Shown here piece after piece: positions 1 through 8,854 of a DNA stretch of 32,220 nt. The notes beneath the pieces are model-generated. The model ran no database searches. It had not been told where the DNA came from and saw only the letters and a program-made list of their open reading frames with translations. Position 1 is the stretch's first letter; each line of letters starts with the position of its first letter. Origin of the DNA: Trichormus sp. ATA11-4-KO1 (GTDB lineage Bacteria > Cyanobacteriota > Cyanobacteriia > Cyanobacteriales > Nostocaceae); assembly GCA_019358915.1 (NCBI GenBank), contig JAHHIM010000042.1:1-32220 (forward strand). The letters are read 5' to 3'. The position numbers and the translations under genes were made by a program.

Positions 1-69
1 GTAATGTTCCAGATTGCATTGTGCTGTGGACGGTTTGCTGATTTTTCTGATTGTCCGATACCTATTCAT
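1..69 (-). CDS. IS701-family-like transposase, N-terminal fragment (partial)
   Basis: My translation is MNRYRTIRKISKPSTAQCNLEHY..., running off the window. It resembles the N-terminus of cyanobacterial IS701 transposases and is not in the ORF track. Confidence 0.65.
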   Translation of the reverse strand, partial: MNRYRTIRKISKPSTAQCNLEHY

Positions 70-126
70 TGGATGATACTTTTTATCAATCCACTCTTTT
101 GCCACTTTGTCAATGCGTAAGTCCTA
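1..126 (-). mobile_element. Left end of an IS701-family-like insertion sequence, truncated by the window edge
   Basis: The minus strand reads TAGGACTTACGCA (plus 114-126 TGCGTAAGTCCTA), a terminal repeat I recognise from cyanobacterial IS701-like elements. It is followed by an ORF start at 69. Confidence 0.7.
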
Positions 127-339
127 TTAATTACGTTTTAGCCCATTTTTTAAATTTTATCGTCTGGGAAATGTTTCTATCTATTTAAGATTAATCATGT
201 ACTCATAAGTTATGAGCTTTTATGAGTCCGGGTTTGAGATGATTTTTTATGGTTGATGGGGTGCAGGGGCGGGAGTTTTTAAACGCAGAGGTACGCAGAG
301 GGTTTTAGAGGGTGTTTTCAATCAGAGTCCAGGTTCAAG

Positions 340-780
340 TTAACGAAGATTACGTGATTGTGGCTGATTGGGCATAGAAGGCGGACGTGGAGAAACGGAA
401 TTTCGCAACAAGAGTAAAGGAATACTGAGAAATCCTAAAATCATTACTACTCCTGTCATAATCCAAACTGGTAGACGGTTAGTTTGATAATCACCTCGTT
501 CGATTTGCCAAAATACCTGGTTGTACCGCCATGCAGCTAAGGCGATCGCTAAAATACCCACAAGTACTAAAATAATCCCCAAGTTTTCTGAGCTAAATAA
601 AGGATTGACAGCAGGCTCTTCTTGTGTCAGTGCAACATTTAACTGACGCAGAAATAGACCAAATCGAGCGATCGCAAAACCAAAACCAATTAAGGCGATG
701 GAGGTACGTAGCCAAGCTAAAAAAGTCCGCTCGTTGGCTTGATGTTCGCGTTGACGGTCTATTTTTGGCATTTTACTCAT
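340..780 (-). CDS. DUF202/YidH-family inner membrane protein
   Basis: Signature REHQANERTFLAWLRTSIALIGFGF plus three hydrophobic segments. The true start is likely ATG 780 (MSKMPKIDR) or 771, not 948. Confidence 0.88.
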   Translation of the reverse strand: MSKMPKIDRQREHQANERTFLAWLRTSIALIGFGFAIARFGLFLRQLNVALTQEEPAVNPLFSSENLGIILVLVGILAIALAAWRYNQVFWQIERGDYQTNRLPVWIMTGVVMILGFLSIPLLLLRNSVSPRPPSMPNQPQSRNLR

Positions 781-909
781 TTTAAGAAGAAAGTTTTTTA
801 ACGCAAAGGTACGCGGAGGGTTTTTGGGCATTTTTGAAATATGGGAAGTATAAAATAACCTAGATAGTATGCCTATGCTAAAATAGTTAAAAATATGGTG
901 AATAAAAAT

Positions 910-1206
910 ATGAATAACATTTATTTTCAACAACAAACCGACTTTCAACGCATTTCAGCACTTATAGAAGATTTGATTGCTAATAACAGTTTATATCAAG
1001 AAAGATTAGATAAAAACAAAATGACCAATAAAATTTATAATTTGTTTATTCAACCTAATTCTGGTGATGATATAAACACTATTACTCAAGACGACTTAGC
1101 CAATAGAATAAATCAAATTTTAGTGGTAGAAGCAATGGCCGGTTTGTTAAACGATTTGACACCAGAAGAAATGAAAATTTTTGATGAAGCAGTCAAGCGT
1201 CAATAA
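910..1206 (+). CDS. Putative antitoxin (small acidic protein upstream of PIN toxin)
   Basis: Its stop directly abuts the PIN gene start. The C-terminus LTPEEMKIFDEAVKR is typical of cyanobacterial antitoxin-like proteins. Start is 895 or 910. Confidence 0.6.
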   Translation: MNNIYFQQQTDFQRISALIEDLIANNSLYQERLDKNKMTNKIYNLFIQPNSGDDINTITQDDLANRINQILVVEAMAGLLNDLTPEEMKIFDEAVKRQ

Positions 1207-1611
1207 ATGGGATATCTACTGGACACTAATATCGTTACAGCAATTATTAAGCAAAACGAAAAAGTAACTACTAAGCTAGAAACTTTAAATCGTCAAAACC
1301 AGGATGTTTTTATTAGCGGTATTACTTACTATGAAATTGAGCGGGGACTTTTAGCAGTTAAAGCTGTCAAGAAATTATATGATTTTGATAGTTTATTGCA
1401 AAAATTTACGATTTTACTCTTAGATGATTTGGCAACATTTAAAAAAGCTGCGGAAATTCATGCTGATTTAAAAATTAGAGGTTTGCCAATCCAAGAAGCA
1501 GATATATTTATAGCAGCTACAGCTATAATTAATAATATTATTTTAGTTTCTCACGATGCTGATTTATTAAGAATCCCCGATTTAAAATTAGAAGATTGGT
1601 TGCAAGAGTAA
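1207..1611 (+). CDS. vapC: PIN-domain (VapC-family) toxin
   Basis: Motifs YLLDTN, ITYYEI, ADIFIAATA, LVSHDAD and LEDW. Confidence 0.9.
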   Translation: MGYLLDTNIVTAIIKQNEKVTTKLETLNRQNQDVFISGITYYEIERGLLAVKAVKKLYDFDSLLQKFTILLLDDLATFKKAAEIHADLKIRGLPIQEADIFIAATAIINNIILVSHDADLLRIPDLKLEDWLQE

Positions 1612-1694
1612 TCCTATTAGCCCCCTGTTTTAACATCCCACAAAAATAAGCTAGAATTCAAGCAGAACAAGCATTTCTCGCTTAACGACACCTC

Positions 1695-2435
1695 ATGCTG
1701 GAGACTCTGCAAACCCGACTTTACGAACTAGAACAATTTACTAATACTGTTGTTTCTGACCAACTAACACACCTCAACTTACTGAGTATCGGTATCATTT
1801 TTGCAGCAGGCTTACTTACCAGTCTCACACCCTGTATGCTTTCCATGCTGCCAATTACCATTGGTTATATTGGTGGTTATGAAGCAAAAGGTCGCCTCCA
1901 AGCAGCAGCCCAATCCACATGGTTTGCGTTAGGATTAGCAACTACCCTGGCCGGATTAGGTATTACAGCCGCTTTTGTTGGCAAAGTTTATGGTCAAGTG
2001 GGCATCGGCTTGCCAATTATCGTTAGTATTATCGCCATTCTCATGGGGCTAAACTTACTAGAAGCCCTACCCCTACAATTTCCATCTTTAGGTGAAACGA
2101 ATTGGATTTCTCAAGATTTACCTGCGGGAGTGCGTTCCTATTCCTTGGGTTTAACTTTCGGCTTAGTCGCATCTCCTTGTAGTACCCCTGTTTTAGCCAG
2201 CTTACTCGGTTGGGTTGCGAGTACACAAGACTTAATTCTCGGTGCTGTTTTGTTACTATCTTACACAGCAGGGTATGTAGCACCATTGATTTTGGCAGGT
2301 ACTTTTACTGCTTCCATCAAAAAACTGCTGGAGTTGCGGCGCTGGTCTGGTTGGATTAACCCAGTTAGTGGTGTGCTATTAGTAGGATTTGGTGTATTTT
2401 CCTTAATTTCTCGATTTCCCTGGGGAAGTTTTTAA
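1695..2435 (+). CDS. ccdA: Cytochrome c biogenesis protein CcdA
   Basis: SLTPCMLSMLPI and ASPCSTPVL cysteine motifs, multiple TM helices, upstream of ccs1. Confidence 0.93.
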   Translation: MLETLQTRLYELEQFTNTVVSDQLTHLNLLSIGIIFAAGLLTSLTPCMLSMLPITIGYIGGYEAKGRLQAAAQSTWFALGLATTLAGLGITAAFVGKVYGQVGIGLPIIVSIIAILMGLNLLEALPLQFPSLGETNWISQDLPAGVRSYSLGLTFGLVASPCSTPVLASLLGWVASTQDLILGAVLLLSYTAGYVAPLILAGTFTASIKKLLELRRWSGWINPVSGVLLVGFGVFSLISRFPWGSF

Positions 2436-2438
2436 GCA

Positions 2439-3806
2439 ATGACTGTAGAAAATTCAGCCTCCACAGCATCAAGTTGGTGGTCAGTACCTGGGCGATTCTT
2501 ACGGCGAGAATTATTGCCTGTACTGACCAATTTACGATTAGCGATCGCACTCTTACTACTCATCGCTCTTTTTAGCGTTAGCGGTACGGTAATTGAGCAA
2601 GGTCAGTCACCCGCATTTTATCAGGCTAACTACCCCGAACATCCCGCTTTATTTGGTTTCTTAACTTGGAAGGTCATTCAAGTCGTGGGATTAGACCATG
2701 TATATCGTACTTGGTGGTTTCTGGCGTTACTCATCTTATTTGGTACTAGCCTGACTGCTTGTACTTTCACTCGCCAGTTACCAGCCTTAAAAGCCGCCCG
2801 TCGCTGGAAATATTATGAAGAACCCCGACAATTTCAAAAGTTAGCTTTAAGTGCAGAATTAGATACTGGTTCCTTAAATTCCTTAAACGAAATCTTACAG
2901 AATCGCCGCTATAAAATTTTTCAAGAAAAAGACAACATTCTCTACGCCCGCAAGGGAATCACCGGACGGATTGGCCCCATTATCGTGCATGTAGGTATCG
3001 TCACTATCCTCCTGGGGGGAATTTTGGGGGCGATGACAGGATTTGTCGCCCAGGAAATGGTAGCTAGTGGCGATACATTTCAGGTAAAAAATATTATTGA
3101 TGCTGGCCCTTGGGCAAATCCCCAAGATTTGAAAGATTGGGCTGTGCGAGTTAATCGTTTTTGGATTGATTACACCCCATCTGGTGGAATTGACCAGTTT
3201 TATTCAGATATGTCTGTATTGAATAATCAGGGTAAGGAAGTTGACCACAAGAAAATTTTCGTCAACCAACCCCTGCGTTATCACGGCGTTACTTTCTATC
3301 AAACTGATTGGGGAATTGCGGCTGTTCGCATCCAATTTAATAACAGTCCCATTTTCCAGTTACCGATGGCATCATTAAACACTAACGGTAGAGGACGCAT
3401 TTGGGGAAGTTGGATTCCCACCAAACCAGATTTAAGTGAAGGTGTTTCTGTCATTGCCAAAGACTTGCAAGGCATGGTATTAATTTATGATTCCACTGGC
3501 AAGCTAATAGATACCGTAAGGACGGGAATGTCAGCCAAAGTCAACGGCGTGAACCTGAAAATTGTTGATGTCGTGGGTAGTACTGGCTTACAAATCAAAT
3601 CTGACCCAGGTATCCCAATGGTTTACACAGGCTTTGCATTATTAATGTTAGGCGCAATCATGAGTTACTTCACCCACTCCCAAATTTGGGCATTACAAAA
3701 AGGCGATCGCTTGTATATTGGAGGTAAGACTAACCGCGCCCAGGTTGCTTTTGAACAAGAAGTTTTGCAGATTTTAGATAATCTCAGTTCTCAGCCTGGA
3801 GTGTAA
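2439..3806 (+). CDS. ccs1: Cytochrome c biogenesis protein Ccs1/CcsB (ResB family)
   Basis: [38 protein letters not shown] and DPGIP motifs. Confidence 0.92.
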   Translation: MTVENSASTASSWWSVPGRFLRRELLPVLTNLRLAIALLLLIALFSVSGTVIEQGQSPAFYQANYPEHPALFGFLTWKVIQVVGLDHVYRTWWFLALLILFGTSLTACTFTRQLPALKAARRWKYYEEPRQFQKLALSAELDTGSLNSLNEILQNRRYKIFQEKDNILYARKGITGRIGPIIVHVGIVTILLGGILGAMTGFVAQEMVASGDTFQVKNIIDAGPWANPQDLKDWAVRVNRFWIDYTPSGGIDQFYSDMSVLNNQGKEVDHKKIFVNQPLRYHGVTFYQTDWGIAAVRIQFNNSPIFQLPMASLNTNGRGRIWGSWIPTKPDLSEGVSVIAKDLQGMVLIYDSTGKLIDTVRTGMSAKVNGVNLKIVDVVGSTGLQIKSDPGIPMVYTGFALLMLGAIMSYFTHSQIWALQKGDRLYIGGKTNRAQVAFEQEVLQILDNLSSQPGV

Positions 3807-3865
3807 ACACAAGAAGCGCTGAGTCTTTGTGTACCTCCGCGCTTCCCTTCCTTAGCGTTGAAAAC

Positions 3866-4276
3866 TTATTTCTGATGACGCACTTCGACAACTGTATGCA
3901 CATTCCCACGGGGAGTAAAATCTGCCTTAACTGTAACTTCCAAAGGATCACAAGCAGCCACAAAATCATCCAAAATTTGATTAGCAGATTCCTCGTGGGA
4001 AATATAGCGATCGCGGTAACTATTAATATAAAGCTTCAGCGCCTTTAACTCCACGACTCGCTCATCCGGCACATAGGTAATATAAATCGTGGCAAAATCT
4101 GGATACCCAGAAAACGGACACTTACAAGTAAATTCCGGTAAAGTAATATTCACATCATATCGCCTACCCACACGCGGATTAGGAAAGGTAATTAATTGAC
4201 CTTCTGCAATTTCGCGTTCGCCATACTTCATTTCTGACGTTGGCTGGGATACAGTCTCAGGTGCAGAATTGCTCAT
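3866..4276 (-). CDS. queF: NADPH-dependent 7-cyano-7-deazaguanine reductase QueF (short type)
   Basis: EFTCKCPFSGYPDFA, VELKALKLY, ISHE and FTPRGN motifs. Confidence 0.95.
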   Translation of the reverse strand: MSNSAPETVSQPTSEMKYGEREIAEGQLITFPNPRVGRRYDVNITLPEFTCKCPFSGYPDFATIYITYVPDERVVELKALKLYINSYRDRYISHEESANQILDDFVAACDPLEVTVKADFTPRGNVHTVVEVRHQK

Positions 4277-4339
4277 AGTTGATTAAATATATAACTTTTG
4301 TAATTAAAAAACTCAGCGTACCTTAGCGACCCTCTGCGT

Positions 4340-4741
4340 TTAATCCTTCTCCTCTTCCCAGTCAGGACAACTTTCACCATCCCACCCATGAGGATGCATA
4401 GCACAGACTAACAAATTACCACCATAAACTTGACCGTGGTAATTATGACAACCTATGCAAGCAGCATTTTTATGCGGTGTTGGTTCCACCCCATAAGGAA
4501 AACCTGGATCTGCATCTCCTACAACATCTTCTAGTTCCCAGTAAACTTCCAAAATCGGGTCAGTTAGATCCTGTAAATACTGGTCAACTTCAGTGGCGAT
4601 AGAATTTTGTACTTGATCAGTAAATTCTTCCGTTAGCTCAAAAAAGACATCTACCATTTCACTCATTCCTATGAAGAAGCGTTCTACTTCATCAGCCACT
4701 GTTTCTATGATTTCTACTAAATCTTTTTGCCATTGTTCCAT
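4340..4741 (-). CDS. Conserved cyanobacterial hypothetical protein with a C-terminal Cys/His motif
   Basis: Acidic N-terminus, then CIGCHNYHG...LVCAMHPHG...CPDW. Confidence 0.75.
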   Translation of the reverse strand: MEQWQKDLVEIIETVADEVERFFIGMSEMVDVFFELTEEFTDQVQNSIATEVDQYLQDLTDPILEVYWELEDVVGDADPGFPYGVEPTPHKNAACIGCHNYHGQVYGGNLLVCAMHPHGWDGESCPDWEEEKD

Positions 4742-4898
4742 AAACTCGACGCCCTTACTGGCTATAAACAGGACGTTAGTGCTACCTGGATTACAGCACT
4801 AGACTACATCCTAGGCAATGTATGTTATCAAGTTTCTGCACATAACGCCATGCCAAAGTGCAGCATACTGCTAATAATTCAAGCTAAAAAGTAACTTT

Positions 4899-5288
4899 TT
4901 ACTGGTCTTGTTGCAGTTTCTTTAACTCTTCTTGCAGTTTTAGCACTTGTTGGCGCAAGTGATCAACATTCTCTGTTGATGTCGATGTCTCTTTCACAGT
5001 CGCTTCTTCATCTTCCTCTAAAATTTCTATGCGTCGAGGTTCCGAAGGCTGTGGTTTCTCAGGGGTTTCACTGGATGTTGGCGGCTGTTGAGCCTGCTTC
5101 ATCATATCTTCGACGAAGCGGCGGGCTTCTTCTGTATTCATTTCACCCTTTGCCACCATTTCATCTGCCAGTTTTTGGACTTGCGATCGCAGTTCGGCTA
5201 ACTTCCCCCCTGCTTTCTCACCCGCGTAAGAAGCCAAACCGACACCGAGGTAAAAAGCTTTTTGAACAATATCTCCAAAACCAGGCAT
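4899..5288 (-). CDS. Phasin-family-like conserved cyanobacterial protein
   Basis: KAFYLGVGLAS...LADEMVAKGEMNTEEARRFVEDM and a C-terminal coiled coil. It lies directly downstream of ffs. Confidence 0.75.
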   Translation of the reverse strand: MPGFGDIVQKAFYLGVGLASYAGEKAGGKLAELRSQVQKLADEMVAKGEMNTEEARRFVEDMMKQAQQPPTSSETPEKPQPSEPRRIEILEEDEEATVKETSTSTENVDHLRQQVLKLQEELKKLQQDQ

Positions 5289-5317
5289 TGCTGCTGAACG
5301 CTCCTAAAAAATAGGGC

Positions 5318-5411
5318 GACCCGGAGACTACGCCTACTACAAGCATCCCGTATTGCTGCTACCTTCCGGTTCTGACAAGATTTAGGCGTTGCAGTCGCAT
5401 AGATCCAGGTC
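5318..5411 (-). ncRNA. ffs: Signal recognition particle RNA (4.5S)
   Basis: The minus strand contains the SRP core GTCAGAACCGGAAGGTAGCAGC. The ends pair (GACCTGGA.../...TCCGGGTC) into a long hairpin of ~95 nt. Confidence 0.93.
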
Positions 5412-5449
5412 TAAATATCAGCATAACACCAAAAGTACTTAAGTGTGTG

Positions 5450-5716
5450 TTATTCGACTACTATTTTCCATTCATACAACTGATAATTAACACAGCCGTT
5501 TTGCACTAATGGGTCAAGAGCGACAATTGCTTCTGCCTCATCCTTAGAAGCAGCTTCAAACAGCAACATCCCCCCTCGTTCCTCTGCCCAATAGCCTGTT
5601 CGGGCTTTGTATCCTTTGGCAATCAAATCCTCAACATAAACTTTATGGGCGGGTACGTATTGGTCAAAGGTGGGTTTATCGACTTTACCTGCTTCAATTT
5701 TGACAAACCAAGGCAT
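5450..5716 (-). CDS. YciI-family protein
   Basis: PAHKVYV...GGMLLFEAASKDEAEAIVALDPL pattern, 88 aa. Confidence 0.85.
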   Translation of the reverse strand: MPWFVKIEAGKVDKPTFDQYVPAHKVYVEDLIAKGYKARTGYWAEERGGMLLFEAASKDEAEAIVALDPLVQNGCVNYQLYEWKIVVE

Positions 5717-5836
5717 TTGCTCGCAACCTCTTCAATTTCTGTGCCGTAATTATAGTTGTAATATTTTTTCAGCTTTGGCAAAGTGATCACAGTGGAGTAA
5801 TAAATTTCTCAATGACGCTTTTGCATGTAAATCGGG

Positions 5837-6400
5837 ATGAAATCTCAAATGAGCCGTTTTTTCATTGCCCTTCTACCACCACAGCATATTCAGGAGTACG
5901 CCCACAATATTCAGCAGTACTTTGCTGACAACTATGCCAGTCGTGGGGCGCAAAAGTCCCCGCCTCATATTACCCTCCAACCACCTTTTGAATGGTTAGA
6001 AGCCAATCTTCCACAGCTAGAAGCATCTCTAGGAGCGTTTGCCAGTAAACAACAGTCAATATCAATTACACTTAGCGGTTATGCAGCCTTTCCTCCACGT
6101 GTCATATACATTAATGTGGTCAGAAGTCAAGCACTCTTGACCTTGCAAGCCGATTTAATGGCTGATGCAGAAAGTAACTTAGGAATTATTGACAAGGTTG
6201 GTAAAACTCGACCTTTTGCGCCTCATCTCACAGTGGCATTTCGGGATTTAACAAAGCAAAATTTTAGAGACGCTTGGCCAGAATTTGCCCAACGTCAGTT
6301 AAATTTTGAGTTTACGGCTGAGAATTTAACGCTGCTACTTCACGACGGTAAGCGTTGGCATATTAAATCTGAGTTTCCCTTTAGCCTTGTATACCGATAG
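5837..6400 (+). CDS. 2H phosphoesterase / 2'-5' RNA ligase family protein
   Basis: RFFIAL N-terminus and two HxT motifs (PHITL, PHLTV). Confidence 0.88.
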   Translation: MKSQMSRFFIALLPPQHIQEYAHNIQQYFADNYASRGAQKSPPHITLQPPFEWLEANLPQLEASLGAFASKQQSISITLSGYAAFPPRVIYINVVRSQALLTLQADLMADAESNLGIIDKVGKTRPFAPHLTVAFRDLTKQNFRDAWPEFAQRQLNFEFTAENLTLLLHDGKRWHIKSEFPFSLVYR

Positions 6401-6566
6401 ATTGCGTAAGCCAGCCAGAGGTATCGCTCTTGTTTTAACTCCTATGGCTGTTTAGGGAAAAATATCAAAATTATTACAGAGTTGCGATCGCAATAATCTA
6501 AAATCTATTGGTAAAGCATTACACATCATTCCTACAGCTTCTGCACTTGTAGCACCTTCAGTAACC

Positions 6567-7604
6567 ATGAATGAGCAAAACATCAGACAATTTTGGGATA
6601 AATTGAATAATACAAAGCTAATTCGCTTTGTATTACTGTTGGTGCTTGGTTGGGCACTTGTCCAGGTTCTAGCTTATTTTAGTACAGTAATTGTCATTTT
6701 TATATTTGCTGGAATTCTGGCATTTCTGCTGAATTATCCAGTCAGGTGGTCTGAACGTTTTTTACCACATGGTATTGCAGTTATTATAGTTTTCTTACTT
6801 AGTCTGCTGATTTTGGGCGGTTTAATTGCCACATTAGGTTTTGCAATTTTATCCCAATTTCAACAATTGCTGAATCAAGCACCTCAATTTATCGATTATG
6901 TCGTTTCCCTATTAGACAGATTACAAATTATTCTGACTAATTTAAATTTTCAAGTTGATTTTCAAACGATTGAAGAAGAATTACGCAATCAGATATTAGC
7001 AGTAATTGGCACAAGTTTAACAACTTTTCAAGGTTTGATTACTAATTTAGTTGATTTAATTTTGATAGCAGTTGTAGCATTTTTTATGTTGTTAGATGGA
7101 AAAAGAGTTTGGAATTTTCTGATGAAACTTTTTCCGGCAAATTTACGTGGTAAGTTAACTGGAGCAATTCAACAAAATTTTTTAGGTTTCTTTTGGGGAC
7201 GTTTATTATTATCCTTATTCTTTGGAATTTCCATATTTATTGTATTTATTATTTTGCAATTACCTTATGCTTTATTTTTAGCTGCGATCGCAGGCGTATT
7301 TGATTTAATTCCTGGTATTGGAGCAACAATTGGCATTTCTTTAGTTTCTTTAATTGTTTTGCCTCAAGGAATTTGGACGAGTCTACAAGTATTAATTGGT
7401 TGTGTCTTACTTCAACAAGTAGAAGAAAACTTACTCATGCCGCGAATTATGCAAGGCTCAATCAATATGAATCCAGTCTTTATGTTCTTTGCCTTATTAA
7501 TAGGAGCAAGAGTTGCGGGATTGGTGGGAGTGTTTCTATCAATTCCTATTGCAGGAGTATTAATTAGTATGTTTGAAATTGAAGAAATGCAGGGAGGAAA
7601 TTAG
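6567..7604 (+). CDS. AI-2E family (UPF0118) transporter
   Basis: ILAFLLNYPV, DLIPGIGA, QQVEENLLMPRIM and GVFLSIPIA motifs, many TM helices. Confidence 0.9.
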   Translation: MNEQNIRQFWDKLNNTKLIRFVLLLVLGWALVQVLAYFSTVIVIFIFAGILAFLLNYPVRWSERFLPHGIAVIIVFLLSLLILGGLIATLGFAILSQFQQLLNQAPQFIDYVVSLLDRLQIILTNLNFQVDFQTIEEELRNQILAVIGTSLTTFQGLITNLVDLILIAVVAFFMLLDGKRVWNFLMKLFPANLRGKLTGAIQQNFLGFFWGRLLLSLFFGISIFIVFIILQLPYALFLAAIAGVFDLIPGIGATIGISLVSLIVLPQGIWTSLQVLIGCVLLQQVEENLLMPRIMQGSINMNPVFMFFALLIGARVAGLVGVFLSIPIAGVLISMFEIEEMQGGN

Positions 7605-7626
7605 CTAAATTACCAACTCAATTTTT

Positions 7627-7658
7627 TGGCAGTTTCAATAAAATACTGGAAACTGCCA
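7627..7658. terminator. Inverted repeat / possible terminator between the AI-2E gene and fni
   Basis: TGGCAGTTTC (7627-7636) and GAAACTGCCA (7649-7658). There is no clear U-tract on the plus strand. Confidence 0.4.
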
Positions 7659-7695
7659 CAATAGTAATTACAACTGCTTTGAGTGATATCTACCA

Positions 7696-8745
7696 GTGAA
7701 CGCCCCCACTACCAACTCAGCCCAAACCCAATCGCGCAAAGCGGATCACATCCGGATCTGCTTAGAAGAAGATGTTCAATGTCGTGAAACCACCAATGGA
7801 TTAGAACGCTATCGCTTCACCCATTGTTGCTTACCAGAACTTAACCGCGACGATATTGATATCAGTACAACTTTTCTCGGTAAACACCTCGGCGCACCAC
7901 TGTTAATTTCTTCCATGACTGGAGGAACTGAACAAGCGGGAATGATTAACCAACGTCTAGCGGCAGTCGCGCAACATTATAAAATTGCCATGGGTGTCGG
8001 TTCCCAACGAGTGGCGGTAGAAAAACCCCAGGTAGCCAATACCTTCGCTATTCGCAAGTATGCACCGGATGTCCTCTTGTTGGCTAATGTGGGGGCTGTG
8101 CAACTTAACTATAAATATGGTTTAGCTGAATGTCTGCAAATCATCGATATGCTAGAGGCTGATGCTTTGATTTTGCACATCAATCCCCTACAAGAGTTTA
8201 TTCAACCAAGAGGTGATACTAATTTCCGGAGTTTACTTGACAAAATTAATAATTTATGTACTAAATTACCTGTGCCAGTAATTGCTAAAGAAGTGGGCAA
8301 TGGCATTTCCGCAGCAATGGCGGAGAAACTGATGGCGGTGGGAGTACAAGCAATTGATGTAGCCGGTGCGGGTGGCACGTCTTGGGCGAAAGTAGAAGGT
8401 GAACGGGCAGAAAATGCTTTGCAACGGCGGTTGGGGAATACTTTTGCTGATTGGGGTTTGCCAACAGCAGAATGCATCACCAGTGTGCGCGCGATCGCTC
8501 CTACTATTCCCTTGATTGCTTCGGGAGGGTTACGTCACGGATTGGATGTAGCTAAGGCGATCGCTTTAGGTGCCGATATTGCTGGTTTGGCTATGCCTTT
8601 TTTGCAAGCAGCAGTGGTATCAGAAGCAGCACTGGATGATTTAGCTGAGGTGTTAATTGCGGAAATTACTACAGTATTATTTTGTACTGGTAATGCTACG
8701 TTGGCTAGTTTGCGAAATTCAGGCAGTTTAGGGCGAATTCAGTAA
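7696..8745 (+). CDS. fni: Type 2 isopentenyl-diphosphate delta-isomerase
   Basis: RKADHI, ISSMTGG, MGVGSQR, HINPLQE, KEVGNG and AGAGGTSW motifs. Confidence 0.95.
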   Translation: MNAPTTNSAQTQSRKADHIRICLEEDVQCRETTNGLERYRFTHCCLPELNRDDIDISTTFLGKHLGAPLLISSMTGGTEQAGMINQRLAAVAQHYKIAMGVGSQRVAVEKPQVANTFAIRKYAPDVLLLANVGAVQLNYKYGLAECLQIIDMLEADALILHINPLQEFIQPRGDTNFRSLLDKINNLCTKLPVPVIAKEVGNGISAAMAEKLMAVGVQAIDVAGAGGTSWAKVEGERAENALQRRLGNTFADWGLPTAECITSVRAIAPTIPLIASGGLRHGLDVAKAIALGADIAGLAMPFLQAAVVSEAALDDLAEVLIAEITTVLFCTGNATLASLRNSGSLGRIQ

Positions 8746-8854
8746 ATACTGAAGAATTAAGTTCACTTAGCACATACCGCAAAGGATGCGAAGAATGTGA
8801 ACAGAGAATTTGCTGTTATATAAGAAGAAAGTAATATTGTGATTTATAACTAAA

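Noticed and set aside
781..948. N-terminal extension of the DUF202 ORF to 948
   Set aside because: It overlaps the divergent gene, runs through an ACGCA(G/A)AGG-type repeat and AT-rich promoter DNA, and family homology starts only near 780.
4277..4339. Possible preQ1 riboswitch upstream of queF
   Set aside because: No preQ1 consensus is visible, and the interval is short and contains a CTCTGCG-type repeat.
4976..5314. 112-aa plus-strand ORF
   Set aside because: Antisense shadow of the phasin-like gene with no recognisable motifs.
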